A stretch of 64,000 nucleotides of DNA from Spirochaetia bacterium (GCA_963668315.1 OY764216.1:2240001-2304000), one strand, 5' to 3'; positions 38,886 to 48,090 are shown, counted from the first letter of the stretch. Notes: generated from the sequence alone by a model not told the origin. A program made the numbers and translations.

Positions 38886-41016
38886 ATATTTTGCCTCATG
38901 CCCCAGGCATGTGGAAGATCTGGCCGCCGCCGAAGCGGAAAGGGCCGGCGGAAAAAATGTCTCACCCACCAGGGGAGGAGTCTCATTCGAGGGTGATCTG
39001 GCCGCGGCCTACAGGTTCTGCCTCTGGTCACGGGTCACGTCCCGGCTGCTTCTGGAAATCGGTTCCTGGGAAGGCGATTCGGAAGAGCCCTTCTATGCCG
39101 AGATGAACCGGTGGGCCTGGGAGGAGATGTTTCCCGCCGATGACGGATTTCTCTGCCATATGACCGGTACGGGCCAGGCTCCCTTTTCCGACCGATTCGC
39201 CCTTCTCAAACTGAAGGACGCCATTGTCGACCGATTCAGGGACAAGACGGGGCAGAGGCCTTCGGTGGATCGGGAAAACCCTTCGGTTATCGTTGAGTGT
39301 CACAGGAAAAATCAGACCTATACCGTCTATCTCGACCTTTCGGGGGAGAGCCTTCATAAGAGGGGATACCGCCTGGATAAGGGAGGCGCCGCCTTAAGAG
39401 AGAATACCGCCGCTGCCCTGCTCATCCGGTCGGGATGGAATGAACCGACGGACAGGGCCTTTCTGGACCCCATGTGCGGTTCCGGGACCCTCTGCATCGA
39501 GGCGGCCATGATCGCGTCCGACAGAGCTCCCGCCCTGGAAAGAACCCGCTGGGGATTCCGGGGATGGAAGGGGCATTCCGAAGAACTCTGGCAGGAAATC
39601 CTGGAAGAAGCCCGGGAGCGTTTCGAGAAGGGCCGAAAAACCATGGGGCCGATCCAGGGCTACGACAAGGACGAAGTGGTGGTACGTAAAGCCCGGTCCA
39701 ATTTCAACCGGAGCGGCATGAAGGGTGTACGCTTTGACGCCATGGCCATAGAGAAACTGAAACTGCAGAAGAACCTGACCGAAAGGGAAGGGCTGATAGC
39801 CGTCAATCCTCCTTACGGTATCCGGCTGGAAGAGAGAATGGGCCTGGAAGGTCTCTACCGCAGTCTGGGAGTCTTCTACAAGGAACAGCTTCCCCACTGG
39901 CAGCTTTCTCTCATCACTCCCGACAAGGAGCTGGGCATGGCCGTTCAGATCCGGTCTTTCCGTGAGAACAAGCTGGATAACGGAGGCCTTCCCTGTCTTA
40001 TCCTCCACTTCAGGGAGCCCGAAAGGAACAGCCTTGTCCGTGTTCTCAGTCCCCAGGCGGAGCAGTTCAAAAACCGTCTGGTCAAAAATGTGAAGCGCCT
40101 GGGCAAATGGGCCCGCAAGAACGAAGTGACCAGCTATCGCATTTATGATGCCGACCTTCCCGATTACAACTTTGCTCTGGACTGGTACGAGGGCAGATGG
40201 ATTCATTTTCAGGAGTACGCCCCCACCGTAAGGATCGACAACGACAAGGCGGAGAAGCGTGTCAGGGAAGGAATAGATGCCATCTGCCAGGTTCTGGAAA
40301 TAGAGAGGTCCGCCGTATTCGTCAAAACCAGAAGACGGCAGAAAGGGGCCTCCCAGTATGTGAAGGGAGAAAACCGCCAGACCGCACCCGCCGTCGGAGA
40401 AGGGGATAAGCTGATCGCCCGGGAGTCCGGTTCCCTCTTTCTTCTGAATCTGACCGATTATGTGGATACGGGACTCTTTCTGGATCACCGCCCTGTAAGG
40501 CGATGGATAAGGGACAATGCCTCGGGTAAGGATTTTCTCAATCTCTTCGCCTATACGGGGAGTGCCACCGTTCTGGCGGCGGCCGGAGGAGCCCGTTCCA
40601 CCACGACAGTGGACGGCTCCAAAACCTATGTGCAGTGGGCCCGGGATAATATGGAGATCAACCGCCTGTCCGGAGAGAACCACCGGTTCTTCGCCGACGA
40701 TTGTTTTGCCTGGCTGGAGAGGGAAAGGGGGAGCTATGACCTGATTTTCCTCGATCCTCCCACCTTCTCTAACAGCAAGGGAAAGAAAACAACCTTTGAT
40801 ATTCAGACCGATCATGTCCGTCTGATCGAACTGGCCCTTTCCTGTCTCAGGCCGGGAGGAACGTTGATCTTCTCCAATAATTTCCGTAAATTTCAGCTGG
40901 AATTTGAGTCCGGTGAGTATTCCATAGAGGAAGTCACCCCATGGAGCATCCCGGAGGATTTCAAGTCAAGCAGCGGGATACACCGCTGCTGGTTCATCTC
41001 CTCTCCCGGCAGATAG
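38878..41016 (+). CDS. rlmKL: bifunctional 23S rRNA methyltransferase RlmKL
   Basis: CLWSR, THUMP region, LHKRGYR, DPMCGSGT, NPPYG, YRIYDADLP, DTGLFLDHR, DPPTFSNSK. Confidence 0.94.
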   Translation: MNKYFASCPRHVEDLAAAEAERAGGKNVSPTRGGVSFEGDLAAAYRFCLWSRVTSRLLLEIGSWEGDSEEPFYAEMNRWAWEEMFPADDGFLCHMTGTGQAPFSDRFALLKLKDAIVDRFRDKTGQRPSVDRENPSVIVECHRKNQTYTVYLDLSGESLHKRGYRLDKGGAALRENTAAALLIRSGWNEPTDRAFLDPMCGSGTLCIEAAMIASDRAPALERTRWGFRGWKGHSEELWQEILEEARERFEKGRKTMGPIQGYDKDEVVVRKARSNFNRSGMKGVRFDAMAIEKLKLQKNLTEREGLIAVNPPYGIRLEERMGLEGLYRSLGVFYKEQLPHWQLSLITPDKELGMAVQIRSFRENKLDNGGLPCLILHFREPERNSLVRVLSPQAEQFKNRLVKNVKRLGKWARKNEVTSYRIYDADLPDYNFALDWYEGRWIHFQEYAPTVRIDNDKAEKRVREGIDAICQVLEIERSAVFVKTRRRQKGASQYVKGENRQTAPAVGEGDKLIARESGSLFLLNLTDYVDTGLFLDHRPVRRWIRDNASGKDFLNLFAYTGSATVLAAAGGARSTTTVDGSKTYVQWARDNMEINRLSGENHRFFADDCFAWLERERGSYDLIFLDPPTFSNSKGKKTTFDIQTDHVRLIELALSCLRPGGTLIFSNNFRKFQLEFESGEYSIEEVTPWSIPEDFKSSSGIHRCWFISSPGR

Positions 41017-41416
41017 TGCACCCCAGTACATGCACCTGAGTTTTCCCCGGTTTATTGAATACCCGGGCGATGACGTAGTCGTCAGGGCCCAGACTCTCCC
41101 CGCAGTAGGGACAGATTCTTCCCTCCCCGCCGCGGCCGCCCGAATCGGGATGGCCGTGGTAGCATCGGGGACAGCCGAATATATGCATGAGGCCGTCAGG
41201 CTTTCCCGGGTACAGGTGGGAGTGAACCCTTTCCCCCCGATTCAGCCACTCTCCGCAGAGAGGACAGCGGGTCCCGAAGCTTTTTGCCGGCGTCTCCTCT
41301 TCTTCCCTTATAATCCACTCATCCCGGGAAGGTTTCTCCTTTTTACCGGTGAGAAATATCAGCAGGAGGAGAAGGATTATAAGGAGTAAGGCAATGACGG
41401 CTATTTCCGTGACCAT
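40994..41416 (-). CDS. membrane-anchored protein with two tandem Zn-ribbon-like units
   Basis: N-terminal TM; CPLC...HIFGCPRC and CPYC...HVLGCTIC. Confidence 0.7.
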   Translation of the reverse strand: MVTEIAVIALLLIILLLLLIFLTGKKEKPSRDEWIIREEEETPAKSFGTRCPLCGEWLNRGERVHSHLYPGKPDGLMHIFGCPRCYHGHPDSGGRGGEGRICPYCGESLGPDDYVIARVFNKPGKTQVHVLGCTICRERR

Positions 41417-42636
41417 GGATATATCTTCAACGTGGGAATAAGAACCCGGACAAGGGCGGTTCCGGCCGATCCATGGGCCAGAATAAGGGGCAGATAGAAA
41501 AACAGGACGGCCCCGTTGTCCTGGACGACTCCCGGCAGCAGTTTGAAGAGCAGGGAGAAAAGGGCCAGAAAAGCCTGCATATTCCAGAAGCGCTCGTAGT
41601 TACGGGGAGCGTCAGCGCTTTTCCCGCAGCGAAGGGCCGGTACGAGCGCCCCCAGCAGGACGGGACAGGTTATCAGAGCATTCAGATTCCAATGGGTGAC
41701 GTCATGGTCGGTAAAAAACATCATGAAACAGAGGAAAACACCGGGAAGGGCCGTCAGAAGAACGGAAAAGACACGCCAGAGGGCGGTAAGCTTCCCGTAT
41801 GGTATCACTCTGAAGCCAAGGGTGATAAAAAACAGGAGCATTCCCCAGAGAAAAGCGGCTCCCCACCAGGGAAACGGGATTTCCGGGATGTAGGGCGTCA
41901 AACCCTCCTGGTAGATATTTGTTTTCTTCACCAGAGGAGTTCCGTCCGGTCTGATATGGGTCTGAACCATCTTTTCCAGTTCCCGGGGGAGAAACAAAGC
42001 TTCCCACTGACCTATTTTTTTATCGACCGAAGGACCCTGGAGATAATTCAGCAGGAGATAGGGCCAGAAAGACCGGATAAAGCGGTTTGACTGGTCCCTG
42101 AAGGTCAAAGCATAGTCGCCGCAGGCATCGTGAAGCTCGCCGTTCATGGCATGGTCAAGGGTGTCCCTGATCCGGGTGGAGCAGTTGTCTTCGTAATGGT
42201 GGTAGAGATAGGTGCGGTTCTCCGGTTTTATGCCTTCCTCCAGTTCCTCGTAAACAGCCTGCTTCTCTCCGGCGGTCAGGTTCAGATCGTAGATAGCCAC
42301 TTTGCGGTTGAACCAGGTGAGATAGCGGAGGTAGGGTTCTGTCCTCGACCTCACCTTGAGATAGTAGAGACGGCCCATGGCGAAATTCCGGTAGAAATGG
42401 TCCGCCTCAAAGGAAAAATTCCCGAAATCATAGAAATAGGACCAGTTCATTTTTTTATTTTCCACAATCAGACCAATATGACCCCACCATACATAAAGAG
42501 GCATGCCCGGTCCTATGACCATAAGGGAAACGGAGAGGTCATCGCCGACTCCGAAGCTTCGGGTACCAGCCCAGAGAGGGGACAGGGAAAGGAATAATAT
42601 AAGAATAAGTAAAAGGGTCTTCTGTTTCAGGGACAT
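41401..42636 (-). CDS. DUF4105 / Lnb-like membrane protein
   Basis: Signal peptide, WWGHIG, Y.Y...DNCSTRIRD, FLP; C-terminal TM bundle. Confidence 0.8.
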   Translation of the reverse strand: MSLKQKTLLLILILFLSLSPLWAGTRSFGVGDDLSVSLMVIGPGMPLYVWWGHIGLIVENKKMNWSYFYDFGNFSFEADHFYRNFAMGRLYYLKVRSRTEPYLRYLTWFNRKVAIYDLNLTAGEKQAVYEELEEGIKPENRTYLYHHYEDNCSTRIRDTLDHAMNGELHDACGDYALTFRDQSNRFIRSFWPYLLLNYLQGPSVDKKIGQWEALFLPRELEKMVQTHIRPDGTPLVKKTNIYQEGLTPYIPEIPFPWWGAAFLWGMLLFFITLGFRVIPYGKLTALWRVFSVLLTALPGVFLCFMMFFTDHDVTHWNLNALITCPVLLGALVPALRCGKSADAPRNYERFWNMQAFLALFSLLFKLLPGVVQDNGAVLFFYLPLILAHGSAGTALVRVLIPTLKIYPWSRK

Positions 42637-42762
42637 GTGTTCCTCTCTTGTTCGTCTGAATAAGAGAATAAAAGAACAGAGCTTCCCTGTCTATATGGAT
42701 GGGGAAAAACCGGGAAAATGAGAGTCCGGGCCTAAAAAAAACGTAAAAAAGGGTTCAAACAC

Positions 42763-42791
42763 CTCGACTTCTTAATCGAAAGTGCTATAAT
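42763..42791 (+). promoter_or_regulatory. promoter of the histone-fold gene
   Basis: Extended -10 TGCTATAAT (42783-42791), weak -35 CTCGAC/TCGACT, A-rich upstream region. Confidence 0.7.
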
Positions 42792-42848
42792 CTATGAAAG
42801 AACTCTCGGAAGGGACGTTCTCAACTGCAAGACAAGGAGATTAATATT

Positions 42849-43034
42849 ATGGCCGAAAAAGAAACATTGGTTATTGCATCAAAAGTAAAAAACTACATTA
42901 AGGCTACCGGCGACATGAAATGTTCAGCCAAAGTTATCGAAGTCCTTTCTGATAAAATCAGAGAAATGTGCGATGAAGCTATTGAGGCTGCTCAGAAAGC
43001 TAAAAGAAAAACTGTACAGGAGAAGGATTTCTAA
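42849..43034 (+). CDS. bacterial histone-fold protein (short, truncated alpha3 type)
   Basis: MAEKETLVIASKVKNYIK...EAIEAAQKAKRKTVQEKDF: LVxxSKVK start, long alpha2, RKTV-x3-D loop; AAGGAG RBS; own promoter and terminator. Confidence 0.88.
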   Translation: MAEKETLVIASKVKNYIKATGDMKCSAKVIEVLSDKIREMCDEAIEAAQKAKRKTVQEKDF

Positions 43035-43053
43035 GAATCTCTTTAACTGGTAT

Positions 43054-43082
43054 AAAAAAGCTGCCCCGGGGCAGCTTTTTTT
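43054..43082. terminator. bidirectional intrinsic terminator
   Basis: Perfect palindrome AAAAAAGCTGCCCCGGGGCAGCTTTTTT between convergent genes. Confidence 0.88.
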
Positions 43083-43084
43083 AT

Positions 43085-43651
43085 TTAATCCCAGCCAATG
43101 TCCAGCTTGATGAGATTTACTTCGGTATCCTTGCGGATTTCCTCGGGTATATCCATATCAAGAAGCATCAGCATGGTTTCCCTGGCTTCCTCCCTGTTAT
43201 CGAATTCCCTGTGGACATAGGAGAGGGCATAGAGGGTCCGGTAGTCGTAGGGACTCATTTCCAGGGCCCGCTTCAGCATGTCATAGCCCATCTGTCTCTC
43301 TCCCTTGACGCCGAAGAGGACTCCCAGATTTCTCAGAACCGAGGGATTCTCCGGTGCCAGTTTCTGGGCTTCCCTGAAATAGCGGTAGGCCGCCGCATAA
43401 TCCTTCCGCCGGAAATAGGCACACCCAAGGGCTTCCCAGGCACGGGGATTATCCTTTATCCTGCCCGTGTAGTACTCGAGGGCTCTGATGGCTTTGATAT
43501 TTTCGCCCGTCTCCGTATAGGCAATACCTATGTTGCAGATGGCTTCTATGTCATCCGGATTCAGGGCCAGGATCTGCTCCAGAATCTCTCTCGCTTTGTC
43601 ATATTTACCCGACTGCATGTAGGTTTCGGCGTCTTTAATGGATATCATCAT
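43085..43651 (-). CDS. tetratricopeptide repeat protein
   Basis: About 5 TPR units (AICNIGIAY, AWEALGCAY, VLRNLGVLF). Confidence 0.88.
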   Translation of the reverse strand: MMISIKDAETYMQSGKYDKAREILEQILALNPDDIEAICNIGIAYTETGENIKAIRALEYYTGRIKDNPRAWEALGCAYFRRKDYAAAYRYFREAQKLAPENPSVLRNLGVLFGVKGERQMGYDMLKRALEMSPYDYRTLYALSYVHREFDNREEARETMLMLLDMDIPEEIRKDTEVNLIKLDIGWD

Positions 43652-43739
43652 AGTCAGATTATCGTATGGTGAGTTTTTTTTATGAAGAATAATTTGTTTT
43701 TTTTAAGGCTTGTAAGGTCAAATGTCGTATAATAGAAGT

Positions 43740-44360
43740 ATGAAGAAAAAGGTTCTGATCCTCGCTGTCTTTTCCATGTTTACCGTTATGTCCTTTTCTC
43801 TGGACACTTCCCTGACCTATTTCAACAGTCTTGTGTATGGCAATACAATTCTCTCCGGAGATGCGGCCTGGGATCATATGGATCAGATTAACATGAATAC
43901 GGGATTGGTTTTTATCCGTCCCCTGGAAGAAAAACCCCGGTACGGAAGCCGGATTCGTCTGGCCTTCGACCAGCCCCTGTGGGCCAGAATCCGTCAGCTG
44001 GACGGGGAGGATAATCTCATTCAGGCCCCCGGTGACGGTCTGAGCTACGGAATCAACCTCTTTGCCGGTCTGGAGATTCCTCTGGAAGGTGCGGGAAATC
44101 TCTTTCAATCCTCAACGGTCTATCTGGGGCCGATGCTGGGTTATCAGTCATTAAAGGATTCTTTTCTTCTTACCCTGGGAGTCGAGGGAGGCGTCGATCT
44201 CTGCTTTGACCTGGTGGGAAACTGGTCTTTCGTGTCGGGGATTTCCGCCCGCTATTATTTCGGCGGGCTGCATACGGCGGGTGATGCGACCCGTTACGAT
44301 GTCTCCGTAAAGAGAGGATGGGGCGCAGGGCTGAGTCCGGGCATCCGTTATACCTACTGA
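43740..44360 (+). CDS. putative small outer-membrane beta-barrel protein
   Basis: Signal peptide MKKKVLILAVF, alternating beta-strand pattern, terminal GIRYTY; start ATG 43740. Confidence 0.6.
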   Translation: MKKKVLILAVFSMFTVMSFSLDTSLTYFNSLVYGNTILSGDAAWDHMDQINMNTGLVFIRPLEEKPRYGSRIRLAFDQPLWARIRQLDGEDNLIQAPGDGLSYGINLFAGLEIPLEGAGNLFQSSTVYLGPMLGYQSLKDSFLLTLGVEGGVDLCFDLVGNWSFVSGISARYYFGGLHTAGDATRYDVSVKRGWGAGLSPGIRYTY

Positions 44361-44788
44361 CCGGAATTCAGGGAAAAGTAGTCTTTTAATTCTTCCCACC
44401 TCTGTTCCGAAAGGGGGGTCATGATAATTTCTTCCCGGCCGATAGTGGTCACGAGCCGGCCGTTCTCTTCCTCCCAGAGGAAAGAGGCGAATTCTCCCCA
44501 GTTATCCATGAGGAACAGCCTTTTTCTTCCGTCGTAGTACCAGTTTTCCTTGACCGTTTTCTTTTCGAAGGGAATTTCTTCTCCCTTTCTCAGGTAGGCA
44601 TGGGTGGTCAGGCACAGGCCTCCCGGGTTCAGCTCTATTACCAGAAGGGCTTCCATGCTGTCCGACTCGGAAAGGGCAAGCCATTTGGTTCCTTCCCATT
44701 CCATGGCAAAGAGGGGAAAGAGGAAGGGGAAAATGATAAAAATACTAATAATAAAGACTCTTTTCACCAATAATAATGATAGACCCAA
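44354..44788 (-). CDS. hypothetical exported protein (start uncertain)
   Basis: Hydrophobic signal-like segment ending LFA, then a beta-rich domain. Confidence 0.55.
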   Translation of the reverse strand: MGLSLLLVKRVFIISIFIIFPFLFPLFAMEWEGTKWLALSESDSMEALLVIELNPGGLCLTTHAYLRKGEEIPFEKKTVKENWYYDGRKRLFLMDNWGEFASFLWEEENGRLVTTIGREEIIMTPLSEQRWEELKDYFSLNSGQ

Positions 44789-44889
44789 ATGAAAACTAAA
44801 ACAAGTCGTTGACGGAACTTGTAAAAAACCAAGGACTATGATAAACTTTTTCGGTGTATTGTACCCGTATCCAATGGGAGATTTTGTGA

Positions 44890-45876
44890 ATGAGAAATAA
44901 GAGGGGAATTCCTTCCGATTTAGATAAAGAGAGCCGCCGTCTCTTGAGACAGGGGAGAAAGCGGTTTACCGTTATGATTGTTCCCCATTCCGAGAATAAG
45001 GGGATCAGTTTTCATATATCCCTGTTCAGCCTGATCTTTTTCTTTGTCCTCCTGGGCGGGCTTCTCTTCGGTTTTTTCTTCTTTTCCGCGAATTATACTG
45101 GGAAGAACAGAACCATGGCTCTGCAGAAAAAGAGCCTGATGGATACCGAAGCCAGCCTTGACGTGGTTCTGGGCGAAGTCAGCTCTCTGGTTAAAGCATC
45201 GGGATTTTTTGAAGACGCCCTGGATAATACTCTTAATACCATTCAGACAGACAAGGCCGATGAGGATCTTTTCCTCAATTCCGGCGGAGATCTTTCCTCC
45301 CTTCTTGATATGCAGGAGACCGACGGCAACTCCTTCAACGAGGTGGTGGAACTTCAGCGGCTCAAGGCATCCCTGGAGAGTTCCGTTACATCCCTTAAGG
45401 AGATCAGTCAGATTATGGACCGGCAGCGGTTCCTCATGGCTGACGTTCCCAATCTCTGGCCCGTGGAAGGCGGCGGCGGTCATATCTCGGCTCTTTTCGG
45501 TCCGGATACCCACCCCTTCGGCGGTTACTGGTATATTCACAAGGGTGTGGATATCGGCAGTTTTTCCGGCGCTCCCCTCGTTGCTACGGCAAATGGGGAA
45601 GTATACGAAGTCGGTTATGATAAGAACGGTTACGGATATTATGTTATACTCAGGCATAAGTACGGTTTTTATACCATGTACGGTCATATGCAGAGATATC
45701 TTGTTAAGGAAGGGCAGACGGTGACTCAGGGTGAGCGCATCGGTCTGATGGGCAGCACCGGTTTATCCACGGGGCCCCATGTGCATTATGAGATCCGTGT
45801 CGGTACCGACGTTGTTGATCCCATGTCCTATCTTAACATTATGGAGGTAAGGACGAAGACGTCCTCTGCCCGGTAA
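44890..45876 (+). CDS. M23-family metallopeptidase with TM segment and coiled coil
   Basis: HKGVD, YGHM, STGPHVHYE. Confidence 0.92.
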   Translation: MRNKRGIPSDLDKESRRLLRQGRKRFTVMIVPHSENKGISFHISLFSLIFFFVLLGGLLFGFFFFSANYTGKNRTMALQKKSLMDTEASLDVVLGEVSSLVKASGFFEDALDNTLNTIQTDKADEDLFLNSGGDLSSLLDMQETDGNSFNEVVELQRLKASLESSVTSLKEISQIMDRQRFLMADVPNLWPVEGGGGHISALFGPDTHPFGGYWYIHKGVDIGSFSGAPLVATANGEVYEVGYDKNGYGYYVILRHKYGFYTMYGHMQRYLVKEGQTVTQGERIGLMGSTGLSTGPHVHYEIRVGTDVVDPMSYLNIMEVRTKTSSAR

Positions 45877-45885
45877 GGAAAAACT

Positions 45886-46332
45886 ATGAAAAGCAGCGAC
45901 ACTTCCTCTAAAAATTTTCTCAGTTCCATCGTAGGTGACGGCGCCCATTTTTCCGGTAACCTGGAACTGTCCGGCCTTCTGAGGCTTGACGGGGATTTCA
46001 ACGGTATAATAAAAAACAACGACCGTATCCTGATAGGGAAAAACGGCCGGGTTCAGGGAACGGCCTATGCCGATACCATAATTATCGGCGGTGTTTTCAA
46101 AGGTGAGATCTACGCGTCCGAAAAGGTCGTTATCCTCTCTTCTGGCATTGTCCTGGGCCATATTTACTCCTCCCGCATTGTAATCGAAGAGGGCGCTTTC
46201 TGGGACGGTAAGAGCATCGTCACCCTTCAGGAAAGGGAAATCAAAAAGGACAGTATCCTCCGGGGTACGTTCAAGCTGGACTGGAATAAGGTCGGCCAGT
46301 CCGTCCCGTCCTATACGGGCGGTTTCCGCTAG
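45886..46332 (+). CDS. bactofilin (polymer-forming cytoskeletal protein)
   Basis: SIVGDGAHFSGNL...LRLDG...IEEGAFWDG beta-helix pattern. Confidence 0.9.
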   Translation: MKSSDTSSKNFLSSIVGDGAHFSGNLELSGLLRLDGDFNGIIKNNDRILIGKNGRVQGTAYADTIIIGGVFKGEIYASEKVVILSSGIVLGHIYSSRIVIEEGAFWDGKSIVTLQEREIKKDSILRGTFKLDWNKVGQSVPSYTGGFR

Positions 46333-46842
46333 ATGGCTAAAATCGGTCAGCTCGGCATAGGAAGTTATGTACCCGCCCAGCTGAAAGGGGAGAAGGAAAA
46401 GGATAAAAAAACATCCCGGACCGCTTCCTCCCGCTTCTCCGCTTATATTGATTCCGCAGAGCCGGGAGCGGAGAAGCAGATGATAGCTTCCGCCGAACTG
46501 GGGGCTCTTGAAAATCCCCGGATTCTTGAAGAGCTGATAGATAAGCTTTTTGAGAGCGGAGAAAACCTTAAGCGTTCACCCGTAGAAGAGAACCTGGATG
46601 AGTACAAGAAGAACATCAGGGTTCTGGTGAATTTTATTTCCAATAAGAGCTATAATGTGGTAAGGGAAAAGGGGGTTATGAATCCCCGTACCTTCAAGCA
46701 GAAAGAATTCGTGAATATCGAACTGATAGATAAAAAACTGGATAGTCTGGCCGTCTATATCCTTTCCCGGCAGAAAAATCAGATGGAAATTCTGAGACGG
46801 GTTGATGAGATTAACGGATTGGTCATAAATGTTGTCCGGTAA
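46333..46842 (+). CDS. YaaR/DUF327-family protein
   Basis: GENLKRSP...YKKNIR, IDKKLDSL, VDEINGLVIN. Confidence 0.8.
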   Translation: MAKIGQLGIGSYVPAQLKGEKEKDKKTSRTASSRFSAYIDSAEPGAEKQMIASAELGALENPRILEELIDKLFESGENLKRSPVEENLDEYKKNIRVLVNFISNKSYNVVREKGVMNPRTFKQKEFVNIELIDKKLDSLAVYILSRQKNQMEILRRVDEINGLVINVVR

Positions 46843-46856
46843 TTAAGGGGTCTTTC

Positions 46857-47780
46857 GTGTCGGAAAGAAGAAAAAAAAGAAAAAATCCCGGTACGGCCGG
46901 TAAAAATACGGGGGCGGGAACCGCCATTTCAAGGGAAAAGCTGGAAGGTCATGTTTTCAGGGCGAAATTCCTCTATTCCTGTGAGATGGAATACTGTGTT
47001 CTGCCCGAAGACTATGAGGCGGGGGCGGGTGATTATGTCATTATGCATACCCGTTACGGTAAGGACCTTGTGCAGCTTCTGGGCAAGGTGGAGGATTTCG
47101 TCTCCCTGTCGATCGATTCTCTCCGCAAAGTAGAGCGGATCGCCACTCCCGAAGATATGGAAAAGAGGGCCGATTATGAGGAGCGGGAGAGGGAAGCCTT
47201 TGACATATGCAAGGAAAAAATTTCCAAGCACGGTCTGGACATGAAGCTGGTGGCCGCCCACTACCTTCTTGAAGAGTCGAAGGTGATGTTTTTCTTCACC
47301 GCCGACAACCGCATCGATTTCCGGGAACTGGTAAAGGACCTGGTATCCGTATTCAGGATGAGAATAGAGCTGCGCCAGATCGGGGTAAGAGATGAAGCCC
47401 GTTTCCTCGGGGGAATGGCCGTCTGCGGACGCAGCTTCTGCTGCCACGGCGTTATGGATTATCTGAAACCCGTTTCCATTAAAATGGCCAAGGAGCAGAA
47501 TCTCTCCCTCAACTCCCTGAAAATATCCGGACCCTGCGGAAGGCTGCTCTGCTGCCTCTCCTATGAGTATGATTATTATGAAGAGGAGAAAAAGAAATTC
47601 CCTCCCGAAGGCTATCGATTCAAGGTAAAGGATCTGAATCTGAAAATTACGGATGTGAATATTTTCTCCCGAAGAGTCTCGCTGTCCGGATCGGAAGGAT
47701 TGAGGCTCGATCTTGACCCGAATGATTTTAAAAAGCGGGAAGACGGGCGGTGGATAATAACTAAAAAGCTTGAAATTTGA
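46857..47780 (+). CDS. ricT: PSP1-domain Fe-S protein RicT/YaaT
   Basis: RIDFRELVKDL, IELRQIGVRDEA, CGRSFCC, KISGPCGRLLCCL; start uncertain. Confidence 0.9.
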   Translation: MSERRKKRKNPGTAGKNTGAGTAISREKLEGHVFRAKFLYSCEMEYCVLPEDYEAGAGDYVIMHTRYGKDLVQLLGKVEDFVSLSIDSLRKVERIATPEDMEKRADYEEREREAFDICKEKISKHGLDMKLVAAHYLLEESKVMFFFTADNRIDFRELVKDLVSVFRMRIELRQIGVRDEARFLGGMAVCGRSFCCHGVMDYLKPVSIKMAKEQNLSLNSLKISGPCGRLLCCLSYEYDYYEEEKKKFPPEGYRFKVKDLNLKITDVNIFSRRVSLSGSEGLRLDLDPNDFKKREDGRWIITKKLEI

Positions 47781-47800
47781 TAAGTGAGCATAATTACTTG

Positions 47801-47829
47801 TTGACAGTATAATTGTTCTTTGTTATATT
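47801..47829 (+). promoter_or_regulatory. strong sigma70 promoter of the small ORF-rpsT-HU operon
   Basis: TTGACA-17 nt-TATATT with extended TG. Confidence 0.8.
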
Positions 47830-47919
47830 CATTCTGCTATTCAAAAAGTTTATTAAACAGGGACTGCGGTAACATAATTACTGCAGCCTGATGATTGTAT
47901 TTTATGATGAGGTATAAAT

Positions 47920-48090
47920 ATGGCTGGAGTAAGTAAGAATGCCCGTATCGGATCGGGGACCCATAAATTTCTCTGCCCCTGCGGAGGAGAAATCAAGATG
48001 AAGTCGGTTTTTGCCAAGGGCAGAATGAAGCATCACGCTGAATGTGAAAAATGTAAAAGGACTGAGCGGCGTCCCAGCGATTTTAAATAA
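47920..48090 (+). CDS. small basic Zn-ribbon protein (56 aa, absent from the ORF track)
   Basis: GAGGT RBS; MAGVSKNARIGSGTHKFLCPCGGEIKMKSVFAKGRMKHHAECEKCKRTERRPSDFK with CxC and CxxC. Confidence 0.75.
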   Translation: MAGVSKNARIGSGTHKFLCPCGGEIKMKSVFAKGRMKHHAECEKCKRTERRPSDFK

